Below, piece by piece: positions 19,516 through 28,421 of a stretch of DNA of 50,655 nt (position 1 is the first letter of the stretch; every line of letters starts with the position of its first letter). The notes below the pieces were generated by a model. That model saw only the letters and a list, made by a program, of their open reading frames with translations, had not been told where the DNA came from and searched no databases. Made by a program: the position numbers and the translations under genes. This DNA comes from a virus (taxonomy: Duplodnaviria > Caudoviricetes). The DNA lies in IMG/VR virus record IMGVR_UViG_3300037459_000262, positions 1 through 50,655 of that record; one strand, 5' to 3'.

Positions 19516-21450
19516 CTAAAGTTTTTGGATCAAAGTAAATTTAATTCCTGGTTCCGCAGATGGTATAAAGTGTCCATCCCAATACATCCCTCTAGGATCA
19601 GTTATAACAAATGTCATTCCAATCCCATCAATCTCACCTAACACCACACCCTTTGGAACCAAACACAATTCACAATTATCAGATGTACAGTTATGATCAC
19701 ATGGCTCTATGCTTTCACTTCTGGGCATTCCTCCATTAATTGATACTGCGGTAATTATTTCATCATCAATTGCATTGTTAATTGCGTTATCTTTGACTAT
19801 AACTAACATCTGTATCTCTTTTCTATACTTGTCAAACTCTGCATCTAAAATAGTTGCATCTACTTCAAATTCTGGTTGATGATTAATGTCCATATTTTTT
19901 CCAATTGCAGTCCTTGTCATAGAGTTTAGTTCCTCAGCAGATAGTTTTCGTCTGTATGGTTCACCTTCACTGGTATGATCTGTGATTGTCTCCCCTGCTG
20001 CTCGTATCAGATACAGCACTCCTCCAGAATCATATGCTAACTCTCGTGCCTTTGAAATGTAATCGGTAGTCAACCAATCAAATTGTGAGCGAAGATTTGC
20101 AATGCTTTCTTGCAAAGACTTTCTTGGCAACTCCAAATGAATTGGTGGTATCTGTATTGGAGGGATTTGTATTGGCGGTATTTGTTGACATGCACAAGTA
20201 TTTTCTTTTAGTGGGTTTTTCTTTGTAGTTTTTTTTAAAAGTTTGCCGTCTTTTTTTACTTTGTGTAGTGTTCCACCCTTTGCAGCACTACTAATGTGTG
20301 ATTCAATTTTGTGAATCTCTGATTCCTCTTTTCTTGAAAGTGAATCTGCCGTACCAGTATAATTTTTTTCTACATTCCATTTGCATCTACAATTAGGATG
20401 TCTAGTTGTATATCCTAAATTCTCACTTGGTAGTACAGGTCGCATATGTACCTCAACTAGATTGAAAACTTTGCCATCTGCATTTCTGCATTCAACACAA
20501 GTCTTATCATCAAGCTTTGCAGTGTATTTGGCAAAAATCTCTAGTGATTCATCTGGCTTTAAACTATCTAGAATTTTATCAATTCCTACTGCACCGCCAA
20601 GTAGTAATGCCCACTTTAACAACAAATCACGAAAATTTTTTTTCTTTTTCTTCTTATCTTCTTTTTTTGCCTCAGCTAAAGGATTGATACCACTTGGAGG
20701 AATTATAATATCTGGAATTTTTAATGGATACATTTGAGAGTCTTCAATGTTGTATCGCCATTCAGGAATTGCTTTAGCTACATTGAATCCATGTTCGTTG
20801 TGCATTGATGGTTCTGAATTTAACTGAGATGCAGTTGCACTCCAGTTTGTGTTGTCACCTGGATATGGTGGGTTTAGTACATCATAAACATTTGATAGTG
20901 AACCAACACTGTTAGGATCTGGGCTAAAAAATGATTGGTATGGTTGAGTTGATGAACCAATTCCATATGGTGATCGATTTGGTGTTGGGTATGGTTGTAC
21001 GTCTTTGGGTAGTCCTTGGAAATATGTAGTTGGTTCTCCACTGTCTGGAGTTATTACATTGTTAACTATACCAGCTGCATCAACTCCAGTTACTCCTCCA
21101 GGCCAAGGTTGTGCATATGGCGGTTCACGTTCTGAGAAATATGCAATAACTGCTCTGTGAGCTTCTTCTTCTGGTATTCCTCGAGCTAATAGTTCATGCT
21201 CCATCTGGATTGCTTTTTGTGCAACCTCGCCAGTGGTAGTCTCTACCATAAATCCTGGCTTGTAGTTTACCTCTAGCTTGTTGTATTTTGGATCAACTTC
21301 AGTATCAATTGGTTGAGGATGCCCATACGCATGTAAATCGCATGTGTCTTTAGCTTTAATCTGACCCTTTACTAGCTCACATAGTCCTCCTGCAACAAAG
21401 TGTTTGCAGTTTCCGCATAGTGCGGATCTAGTATCTTGGTTCTTTGACAT
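19516..21450 (-). CDS. Fusion: HiPIP-like Cys domain + MuF/gp7-like head morphogenesis domain + prohead protease-like domain
   Basis: N-terminal CGNCKHF...CELVKG.I...C. Central TCVEC...HPNCRC (MuF signature). C-terminal DINH...AVSING resembles capsid maturation proteases. Confidence 0.6.
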   Translation of the reverse strand: MSKNQDTRSALCGNCKHFVAGGLCELVKGQIKAKDTCDLHAYGHPQPIDTEVDPKYNKLEVNYKPGFMVETTTGEVAQKAIQMEHELLARGIPEEEAHRAVIAYFSEREPPYAQPWPGGVTGVDAAGIVNNVITPDSGEPTTYFQGLPKDVQPYPTPNRSPYGIGSSTQPYQSFFSPDPNSVGSLSNVYDVLNPPYPGDNTNWSATASQLNSEPSMHNEHGFNVAKAIPEWRYNIEDSQMYPLKIPDIIIPPSGINPLAEAKKEDKKKKKKNFRDLLLKWALLLGGAVGIDKILDSLKPDESLEIFAKYTAKLDDKTCVECRNADGKVFNLVEVHMRPVLPSENLGYTTRHPNCRCKWNVEKNYTGTADSLSRKEESEIHKIESHISSAAKGGTLHKVKKDGKLLKKTTKKNPLKENTCACQQIPPIQIPPIQIPPIHLELPRKSLQESIANLRSQFDWLTTDYISKARELAYDSGGVLYLIRAAGETITDHTSEGEPYRRKLSAEELNSMTRTAIGKNMDINHQPEFEVDATILDAEFDKYRKEIQMLVIVKDNAINNAIDDEIITAVSINGGMPRSESIEPCDHNCTSDNCELCLVPKGVVLGEIDGIGMTFVITDPRGMYWDGHFIPSAEPGIKFTLIQKL

Positions 21451-21829
21451 TTCGCCTCAACTGAGTGTCAAGAATTTTTTTCCACAAATCAGTAGTCATG
21501 TTATTTGTGTTAGAATTGCTGTCAATTTTTCCCACTTGTCCACCAATTCCTTTTGTAGTTTTGTGGATGTCAGGTTCTACTGGTCTATTTGTAATTGGAG
21601 GATTAGAAAGTGGAACCTGTCTGTTTGCATTTACTCTTTTATCGTTTTTGTTTTTTACTAGAAATTCATGATCCCCTACATGTTCTTTGATTTTAGCTTC
21701 TGCAATTTCTGCCTTGATGTTTTTAGTATCTGTTTCTTTGCCAAGTTTTGCGTTACAGACTGCCCAAAGATTATCAACTCCTTTTTGTCCTTTGACTTTG
21801 GCTACACAATCATCTAATTTTTGTGGCAC
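21428..21829 (-). CDS. Small head-module protein (133 aa)
   Basis: MPQKLDDCVAKV...WAVC. Late promoter motif 32 nt upstream. Confidence 0.55.
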   Translation of the reverse strand: MPQKLDDCVAKVKGQKGVDNLWAVCNAKLGKETDTKNIKAEIAEAKIKEHVGDHEFLVKNKNDKRVNANRQVPLSNPPITNRPVEPDIHKTTKGIGGQVGKIDSNSNTNNMTTDLWKKILDTQLRRNVKEPRY

Positions 21830-21996
21830 AAAGATTAGTTTGTTTTTAGGTTAAAGGTATTTTTCTGCTTATCTGTTTTCCTCTAATGTTCTAGTAGAGA
21901 TGTAATTTATTGGGATTTGTGGTTGTTGTGGTACAATATTATCATTATTATTTATTGTAATATCAATAAAGTTTTCATAAAGATTAATTTTAATAT

Positions 21997-22236
21997 TCAA
22001 TCCCACATGTGCTCCATCTGATTTTTATATCTGGAATACTTTTGATGCCATCTTGGTTCATATTCAAAATGCGGATACGGCATCCAGTCTTTGTCAGGTG
22101 TTTTAACTACACACCAGTTAGAGTTAGTTAGTGTTGCATTTGTAGCTGTACTTGAAAAAGAAAAGATACCATCACTAGTTGATGCTGTGGTATTATTCCA
22201 CCAATTAAAATTGTCATTTGTAAAATCACTACTCAT
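21997..22236 (-). CDS. Hypothetical protein (79 aa)
   Basis: ATG at 22236 overlapping the portal stop is more plausible than the track start at 22320. Confidence 0.4.
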   Translation of the reverse strand: MSSDFTNDNFNWWNNTTASTSDGIFSFSSTATNATLTNSNWCVVKTPDKDWMPYPHFEYEPRWHQKYSRYKNQMEHMWD

Positions 22237-23923
22237 AGTCTCGTCCCCATCCCCAATCTTGTGATTGATTTGATTGTCTGAAATTTGTTGGAACAAATGG
22301 ATTGCCACTTCCTCTAACATCTCGCATCATAGAGTCATAAATTGGATTGTCCATCGGTGGACTGCCCATAACTTGATTATTAAAAACAGGACCGCCTCCA
22401 ATATCAGCAGTTGGTAGATATGTTCCATCTGCTGTTTTATTTGGCGGTGTAACTATTCCTCCTTGCTCTATTCCTCCTTGGTTTAGTGTTGCATTGCCAA
22501 ATGCTAACTGTCCATGCGGATCATTATACACATTATCAATTGTGACTAGGTAATCCTCGTCAATTGGAAGTCCTGCCTGCTCAAATAATTTGAGAATTTG
22601 TTTAGGATCTTTTGGCATTGGTGATTGCAGGTATAAATCAATTAGCTTTATCATGTCAGCTACTGCTACATCTTTTTTCTCTACTTGTCCAAAGTTCATA
22701 TCAAATCGTGCTAAATGCCAAGGAACTGGAATCATTCCACCATAGTAATTAACATCAAAGAATGGATGTGTATCATACCAAGGCTTGAATAGTAATTCAT
22801 TTAGCTGCTCCCTTACTGAAATTGGAAATGCCGTTAATCCCAACTCATCTAAAAGAGCTGCACGTTCAGCGTTTGCAAATGTATGAGTTGATACTCCAGC
22901 TTGTTTTCCTCTAAAGTCATTTAGTGCTTTGAATAATGGTCCTTGAGTAATATCTGCGAACTGACTTGGATTAAAATTCCTAGCCTGTGATCCTAATTCT
23001 TTTATCTCAACGTTTGTTCCAGAAATAATGTCTTGTCCAATTTGTGCAGACTCTATGTTTGCTTGTAGTGCTGCTCTTTGATCAGCTGATGCACCATCTG
23101 CAATCCAAACATTTCTACTTATGTAACGCTGTTCTGCCATTTGCATTTGAAATTGTGTGGAATACTTTCTGTCAAGCATTGATGGTAATGTAACATCAAC
23201 TGAATCCTCACCATTTAGTGGCATTGTAAATTCACGAGTTGATGTTACTGACACACCAAAGCCTGTACCAAATGGTGATGCGTTAACTGGATTCCATTTG
23301 AAATGCATTACCTCGCCAACATTATGGTACCCTTGATATTCTGGACCTCGGAATTCTAATTTGTATGGCACACGTTGCCTATCAACCCATATTCTTTGAA
23401 ACGATGATATTGGAATATGCATAAGATCTGAGAAATGCTCAACGTTACGAATTCCCATTCTAGGTTTCCAAATAGAATTTCCATACCATAACATTTCCTT
23501 TACTAGTTCTGTATCAAATGTATCAAAGCGAAGGTTTGCAGTAAAATCCTCCATGTACTCTATGAAACTTTCTGAATCTCCTTTGATGTAGTGTTGACCA
23601 CCTGTAACTTTGGATGCTAAATCATTAATTGCAAGCTGTACATCCTCATCTTGTTGTAATGCAACAGCTTGAACATCAAATCTCACGCTAGGTACAAAAA
23701 AAGTTTTTGACGTATAACCTTCACGAGAATATGCACCTACTGTAGAAATTTCAGGTCCCCAAACTGGCTGAGAAAGACCTGGCACCATTTCAGATAACAG
23801 TGTACTATTCATTGTATCTTTGACTAGATTCAGATTCAGCGACCTTGTGGGATGTCTGGCTACATATTCCTCACTGGTAAGAATCTTTGCTAAACCGTTT
23901 CGTAGTCTGGTACCAAATCCCAT
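22229..23923 (-). CDS. Portal protein
   Basis: 564 aa. ELVKEMLWYGNSIW and EVMHFKWNP...PFGTG are portal motifs. Head-module position. Confidence 0.8.
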   Translation of the reverse strand: MGFGTRLRNGLAKILTSEEYVARHPTRSLNLNLVKDTMNSTLLSEMVPGLSQPVWGPEISTVGAYSREGYTSKTFFVPSVRFDVQAVALQQDEDVQLAINDLASKVTGGQHYIKGDSESFIEYMEDFTANLRFDTFDTELVKEMLWYGNSIWKPRMGIRNVEHFSDLMHIPISSFQRIWVDRQRVPYKLEFRGPEYQGYHNVGEVMHFKWNPVNASPFGTGFGVSVTSTREFTMPLNGEDSVDVTLPSMLDRKYSTQFQMQMAEQRYISRNVWIADGASADQRAALQANIESAQIGQDIISGTNVEIKELGSQARNFNPSQFADITQGPLFKALNDFRGKQAGVSTHTFANAERAALLDELGLTAFPISVREQLNELLFKPWYDTHPFFDVNYYGGMIPVPWHLARFDMNFGQVEKKDVAVADMIKLIDLYLQSPMPKDPKQILKLFEQAGLPIDEDYLVTIDNVYNDPHGQLAFGNATLNQGGIEQGGIVTPPNKTADGTYLPTADIGGGPVFNNQVMGSPPMDNPIYDSMMRDVRGSGNPFVPTNFRQSNQSQDWGWGRDYE

Positions 23924-23956
23924 AAAAAAAAGCTGTTTTATAGAATAAGGGTATTT

Positions 23957-24898
23957 TTACGGAGAACCAAAGTTTACCTCAAAAGTAAGAGCAGCAGCAA
24001 TATTAGAATATGCTTCAACTCGATTATTGAGTGTATTTGCTGCAAGAACATAGTTACTTGTATCTTGAAAGGAAGATACAGATTCAGGATAATAAAGATC
24101 CCCAGGTCCAGTTCCAGGCGATGTGTTTGTAGTGTTTGCAATTGTATCAGTAGCTACAGTTTTTAGAATATTATTTCTTGTATCTGCAAATGCGGTAGTG
24201 GCATTACCAGTGAGAATACCATGTCCACTTCCTGGGAAAAACAAATCAGTTCCAGTAGTTCCAGGTGCTCCAAATTGAGCAAGAAAAGTCGTAGCTGCTG
24301 TATCATATCTACTAATCACACCATTAAAAGAATCAGTAACCATAAAGAAATTATTTGTAGCCTCAAAAATTACACCATGAGGTCTGTTAAAAGCTAAAGG
24401 ATTAGGAGTGTCTAATTCTGCTGGAGCACTAGGAGTATCACCAACAGTATATCTTACAGCTCTGTGATTTAATTCATCAGCAATAACTAAAATAGAATTA
24501 TCAGTTGCAATTCCTGCTGGATGATAAAAGTCATTAATACCAGAACCACCTTCTCCAACTGAACCTGAATCAATAAATTCACCACTGGAAGCAGTTAATG
24601 TTCTAATTCTGTTATGAAATGTATCAGTTACAACTAGTCTAGAGTTTTCAAAGACAATTCCTGTAGGACGATACAATGAATTATCAGTTGAACCACCGTC
24701 CCCAATAGGACCACCTTCACCAGAAGTGCCATCAGAGTTACTTCCCCAACTACCATCTAGAACAAAATCAAAATTTGAAGCAGTGTAGTCCCATTTTGAA
24801 ATTCTGTGATTAAACTGCTCCACTACAAAGACACTTTTATTAGCAACATCAAAGGCAACATCAGTCGGTCTATACATTTTTCCAGGATCTAAAACCAT
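23957..24898 (-). CDS. NHL-repeat beta-propeller protein
   Basis: Repeated (L/F)YxPxGI...VxDxxNHRI units. Start moved to ATG 24898 because the promoter motif (24921-24930) then sits at the invariant 32-nt distance. Confidence 0.8.
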   Translation of the reverse strand: MVLDPGKMYRPTDVAFDVANKSVFVVEQFNHRISKWDYTASNFDFVLDGSWGSNSDGTSGEGGPIGDGGSTDNSLYRPTGIVFENSRLVVTDTFHNRIRTLTASSGEFIDSGSVGEGGSGINDFYHPAGIATDNSILVIADELNHRAVRYTVGDTPSAPAELDTPNPLAFNRPHGVIFEATNNFFMVTDSFNGVISRYDTAATTFLAQFGAPGTTGTDLFFPGSGHGILTGNATTAFADTRNNILKTVATDTIANTTNTSPGTGPGDLYYPESVSSFQDTSNYVLAANTLNNRVEAYSNIAAALTFEVNFGSP

Positions 24899-24940
24899 AC
24901 TAAAAAATTGTTTTCTCAATTAAAGGTATTATTAATATTA

Positions 24941-25189
24941 TTAACTAGTGGGCATTTCTGCTATGGAAAATGGAGTATCAGTATAATTTTGTTCCATAGT
25001 TCTTGCTTTACGGACTCCGTGATTTTTTGTATTTTTATAAAATTGAGGATGTAACTTTCTTGCACACCCGAAACACAACTGCCACTTGGTCCAATTGTCA
25101 CGCATTTGTGTCGAACGACTTCTGTGATAACATCCAGTTCCATTAGGGTATTTTGGTGTACGTGCTCTATGACCTAAGCATGTTGCCAA
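24941..25189 (-). CDS. Small Cys-rich protein (82 aa)
   Basis: C...C...CFGC; possible zinc finger. Confidence 0.45.
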   Translation of the reverse strand: MATCLGHRARTPKYPNGTGCYHRSRSTQMRDNWTKWQLCFGCARKLHPQFYKNTKNHGVRKARTMEQNYTDTPFSIAEMPTS

Positions 25190-25389
25190 TTATTTTTTTC
25201 TCCATTGATTAATACCAATTTTTTTTTGGATTCATTGCATAAATATTTGTCCTTTAAGAAAACCTCAAGAAGATTAATCATAAAATTACTAGATGAAACT
25301 TTGACAAATTTTTATCTTCAATAATTATTGTATGTGTTAGTCATGTCATACCTAAAAATACCTTTAATCTGAAAAAAAATCAATAGCTG

Positions 25390-25683
25390 TTGGAATCTAT
25401 ACAACCAGAAAAGCTTGAAACAGAAAAAATGTACGAAGGCATCATACAAGTTTTTGAGAGACTGCACAAGCGATTCATTAGATATGAAAAAGAAAATGAT
25501 GACAACTCACAACCAACACTTGACTACATTACAAAACTTGGTGGCTCTATTGGATATATTGCACAAGTTCACTCTGGACTTGCAAAGGCATACCAACACG
25601 AAAAGAGACTAGCAGACATTGAAAAGAAGCTAGAAAAGATTCCACCAGAGTTACTAAAAGATTTTCTAAAGCCAGGAAGATAG
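25390..25683 (+). CDS. Putative terminase small subunit
   Basis: 97-aa helical protein directly before the large terminase. Promoter motif AATACCTTTA at 25357-25366. Confidence 0.5.
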   Translation: MESIQPEKLETEKMYEGIIQVFERLHKRFIRYEKENDDNSQPTLDYITKLGGSIGYIAQVHSGLAKAYQHEKRLADIEKKLEKIPPELLKDFLKPGR

Positions 25684-25687
25684 ATGC

Positions 25688-27487
25688 TTGCCTGGTTCAT
25701 TTGAGAAAAAGCTAGAAGATATTGAAAAACAAGTATCACCACCTAAAACAAAATCACTAATCACACAACTACCAACTGATCATCTTGAATGGATTAAAAT
25801 TGCTCGCCCCTATGTAGGAAAGATAAAGCGAACCTTTGAGTGGGAACCATTTTGGATTGCTGTGTATAAAGACAAATCACCGAATATCGTTGTTGTTAAT
25901 GGTAGACAATCATTTAAATCAACTTTTGGTACGGATATCATCGGTTGCTATGCAACTAGTCATGCAAACTCTGAGGTCACATATATCGTAGATAGGGAAG
26001 ACCGTGTTTCTGCATGGTCTAAACAGAGATTCAGAAAAGATACAATGCTGCGAAATGAGTTGTTATCGCCATTTCTAATGCATGGTAGGGCAAATGTTGG
26101 AGAAATTAATCTTACAAACAATTCTGTAATTTATGTCAGAACTGATGAGAACGAATTCAATAACGTCCAGGGAATGACAAATAGTTTAATGGTTTTTGAT
26201 GAATGTCAGTACCAAGAGTTACAGTTTCGAGCTGCTGCATTATACTCAATGACAATGACCAAAGGACAGTGTTACTATTTAGGAATTGGTGGGGAAGCTG
26301 GTTCTGAATGGTACAAGTTGTGGAAAAAGTCAGACCAAAATGAATGGAAATTTGATGACAAATATTGGAGAGAGAAGCTAAAATTTGATGATGAAGGGTA
26401 TCTAGCAAACGAGCATCCAGAAAATATTGTTGCAGGAAAGTGGGTTGCAGCATATCCTGAGAATAAAGAATACCGAGGATATCACATGCCTCAAACAATC
26501 TTTGCAAGAATTCCACTAACAATACATGATGCAGTTAACCTATACAAAACAAGACCTGAAAATTCTATAGAGTTTCAAGAAAAATATAATCCCTCAAGTA
26601 TTGTGCAAGCTCACGTATATGGAAATTTCTTCAAGGCAATGCGAAGACCAATCACTCCTGAAATGGTTGAGGCGTGTTATGATTACAATCTTACACTGTT
26701 AACTCCAAAGCAAATAAAGGAACTAAAACAAATACATGAAAACGAGATTCTAATATTTTTAGGAATTGACTGGGGTTCGGGACCAGCTGCATCAAAAACT
26801 GTTGGCACTGTAATAATATACTGGAGAAAGACAAACCGTTACCAAATTGCATGGATTGATTCTAGACCACAAGAACATGAATATGATCAAGCAGCATACT
26901 TTGTTAAACTATACCATGAGTATTGTTGTGATTTTTGTGTAGCTGATTTGGGATATGGTAAAGACAAAGTTACACTAATGCAAAACGGTGGATACACATC
27001 ATTGGGTGAAAAAGTTGTAGGGTTAGGACGGGGACGAGTCAAAGGATGCTGGACATCAGGAAATATTACAACTGAAACAATGAGACATAAAAATCAGGAT
27101 ATAATAGATTCGCCAACTGTAGGTGAGAAAAAAGAACACTATTCAGTTGATAAGACTCAGGTGATTCAGAACTTTATTGATTTTGTTGGCAGTAAGGTTC
27201 CAGATGAGAAAGGCAAACAAGTATCACAGTTAATAATTCCATTCAAAAATGACTGGGAGTGTGACTTTTTAGTTAATGATTTTTGTGATATTACCAGAAA
27301 AGACCTAGACAAAACTAACATGGAGATTAGTAAAGATGACCCAAGACAGAAAGCCAAAAAAGAATACAATCACCCAAAGGATACAGTTATGGCAATTATT
27401 TATTGTATAATTGGTAAAACAAAGTATGATCCAGAAGGATTCCAAATATCTAAAATTAGAGCTAACAGACGATTCAGATATAATTAG
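25688..27487 (+). CDS. terL: Terminase large subunit
   Basis: Walker A-like NGRQSFKST, Walker B LMVFDECQ, C-terminal RNase H-like nuclease FLGIDWG...VADLGYG...HPKD. Confidence 0.85.
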   Translation: MPGSFEKKLEDIEKQVSPPKTKSLITQLPTDHLEWIKIARPYVGKIKRTFEWEPFWIAVYKDKSPNIVVVNGRQSFKSTFGTDIIGCYATSHANSEVTYIVDREDRVSAWSKQRFRKDTMLRNELLSPFLMHGRANVGEINLTNNSVIYVRTDENEFNNVQGMTNSLMVFDECQYQELQFRAAALYSMTMTKGQCYYLGIGGEAGSEWYKLWKKSDQNEWKFDDKYWREKLKFDDEGYLANEHPENIVAGKWVAAYPENKEYRGYHMPQTIFARIPLTIHDAVNLYKTRPENSIEFQEKYNPSSIVQAHVYGNFFKAMRRPITPEMVEACYDYNLTLLTPKQIKELKQIHENEILIFLGIDWGSGPAASKTVGTVIIYWRKTNRYQIAWIDSRPQEHEYDQAAYFVKLYHEYCCDFCVADLGYGKDKVTLMQNGGYTSLGEKVVGLGRGRVKGCWTSGNITTETMRHKNQDIIDSPTVGEKKEHYSVDKTQVIQNFIDFVGSKVPDEKGKQVSQLIIPFKNDWECDFLVNDFCDITRKDLDKTNMEISKDDPRQKAKKEYNHPKDTVMAIIYCIIGKTKYDPEGFQISKIRANRRFRYN

Positions 27488-27545
27488 AATAAAAGATTTG
27501 ACATTCAATAATTATTGAATCTCCAATTAAGTATGAATTTTTTAT

Positions 27546-28421
27546 TTGCTTAATGTGAGTGAGCAAAAAAGTGTCAGTGTCTACATGCCACCCGAAGCAA
27601 AAATTACAAACCTAAAAAATTTTGATTTAACAAAAATTGAGGAAACATTCCAGTACGCAAGTTTTGAGAGAAGAATATCCAAACACAAAGTTCACACGAT
27701 AGCTCAAGCCATGATGGATAACAAATTTACTGATAATGTCTTACGAGTAGTTACTAGTAACAGTTCTGCAAAGTTTGAGGTACTAGACGGACAACACAGA
27801 ATTGAGGGATTGAGATATGCAAGAGATGAGTTTGGACTGCAAACTTATGATCTTATCATATTTTGTTATCTTGGAGGGAACAGACGAGAAATATATCGTA
27901 GACTTAACTTGGGTAAACCACTCACACTAGCTGATCATCTAAAAGGAATTGATGATGGCAAAAATAATTTCTTTAATTCTCTAAGAGGCGAATGTGACCA
28001 TTATCGAACAGCAGATAAAATGGCATACCAAAATGTAATTAACTGTCTGCATTATGCAAAATCAACATCAATTAGAGCAATAAGACCACTAGCCATTGAT
28101 GACTTTATCTCAGCTACCACACCTCAAGACATTGCAACAGTAAAAAGATTCATTCCAATTTTAAAACAAGTTGCAACAAATCCTGATTCATTATTTTATC
28201 ACTATACTTTATTGAGAAATTACTTTCGTATCTTTTATGAAAATAAATTATCAGTTGATGATATGGTAAAACTTGGTGATGTCTTAAAGAGAGCACCAAA
28301 AATTAGAGAACTAGCTGAAAAACGAGATACTTTTGCAATGAGGGGGATTTATCACTATATCATAGATATTGCAGCACCAAAAGCAAATCTGCAACTATCT
28401 AAAGGGGATGTGAGAAAATAG
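27546..28421 (+). CDS. ParB-like / DGQHR-domain protein
   Basis: FERRI...I...M...EVLDGQHRIEGL...RRLNLGKPL is the ParB/Srx-DndB-like signature. True start may be GTG 27555. Confidence 0.75.
   Translation: MLNVSEQKSVSVYMPPEAKITNLKNFDLTKIEETFQYASFERRISKHKVHTIAQAMMDNKFTDNVLRVVTSNSSAKFEVLDGQHRIEGLRYARDEFGLQTYDLIIFCYLGGNRREIYRRLNLGKPLTLADHLKGIDDGKNNFFNSLRGECDHYRTADKMAYQNVINCLHYAKSTSIRAIRPLAIDDFISATTPQDIATVKRFIPILKQVATNPDSLFYHYTLLRNYFRIFYENKLSVDDMVKLGDVLKRAPKIRELAEKRDTFAMRGIYHYIIDIAAPKANLQLSKGDVRK

Larger units (their letters stand above)
1034..25366. promoter_or_regulatory. Late promoter motif AATACC(C/T)TTA, 13 dispersed copies
   Basis: Minus-strand copies whose 5' base lies at 1043, 4200, 6640, 8975, 10970, 13445, 15814, 17931, 19315, 21861, 23955, 24930, plus a plus-strand copy at 25357. 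Each is 32-33 nt from a start codon. Confidence 0.85.

Noticed and set aside
11-21671. Plus-strand ORFs antisense to structural genes (e.g. 1772, 5091, 7673, 11724, 18506, 20381)
   Set aside because: Shadow frames of long minus-strand genes, with no promoter motif or recognisable domain.
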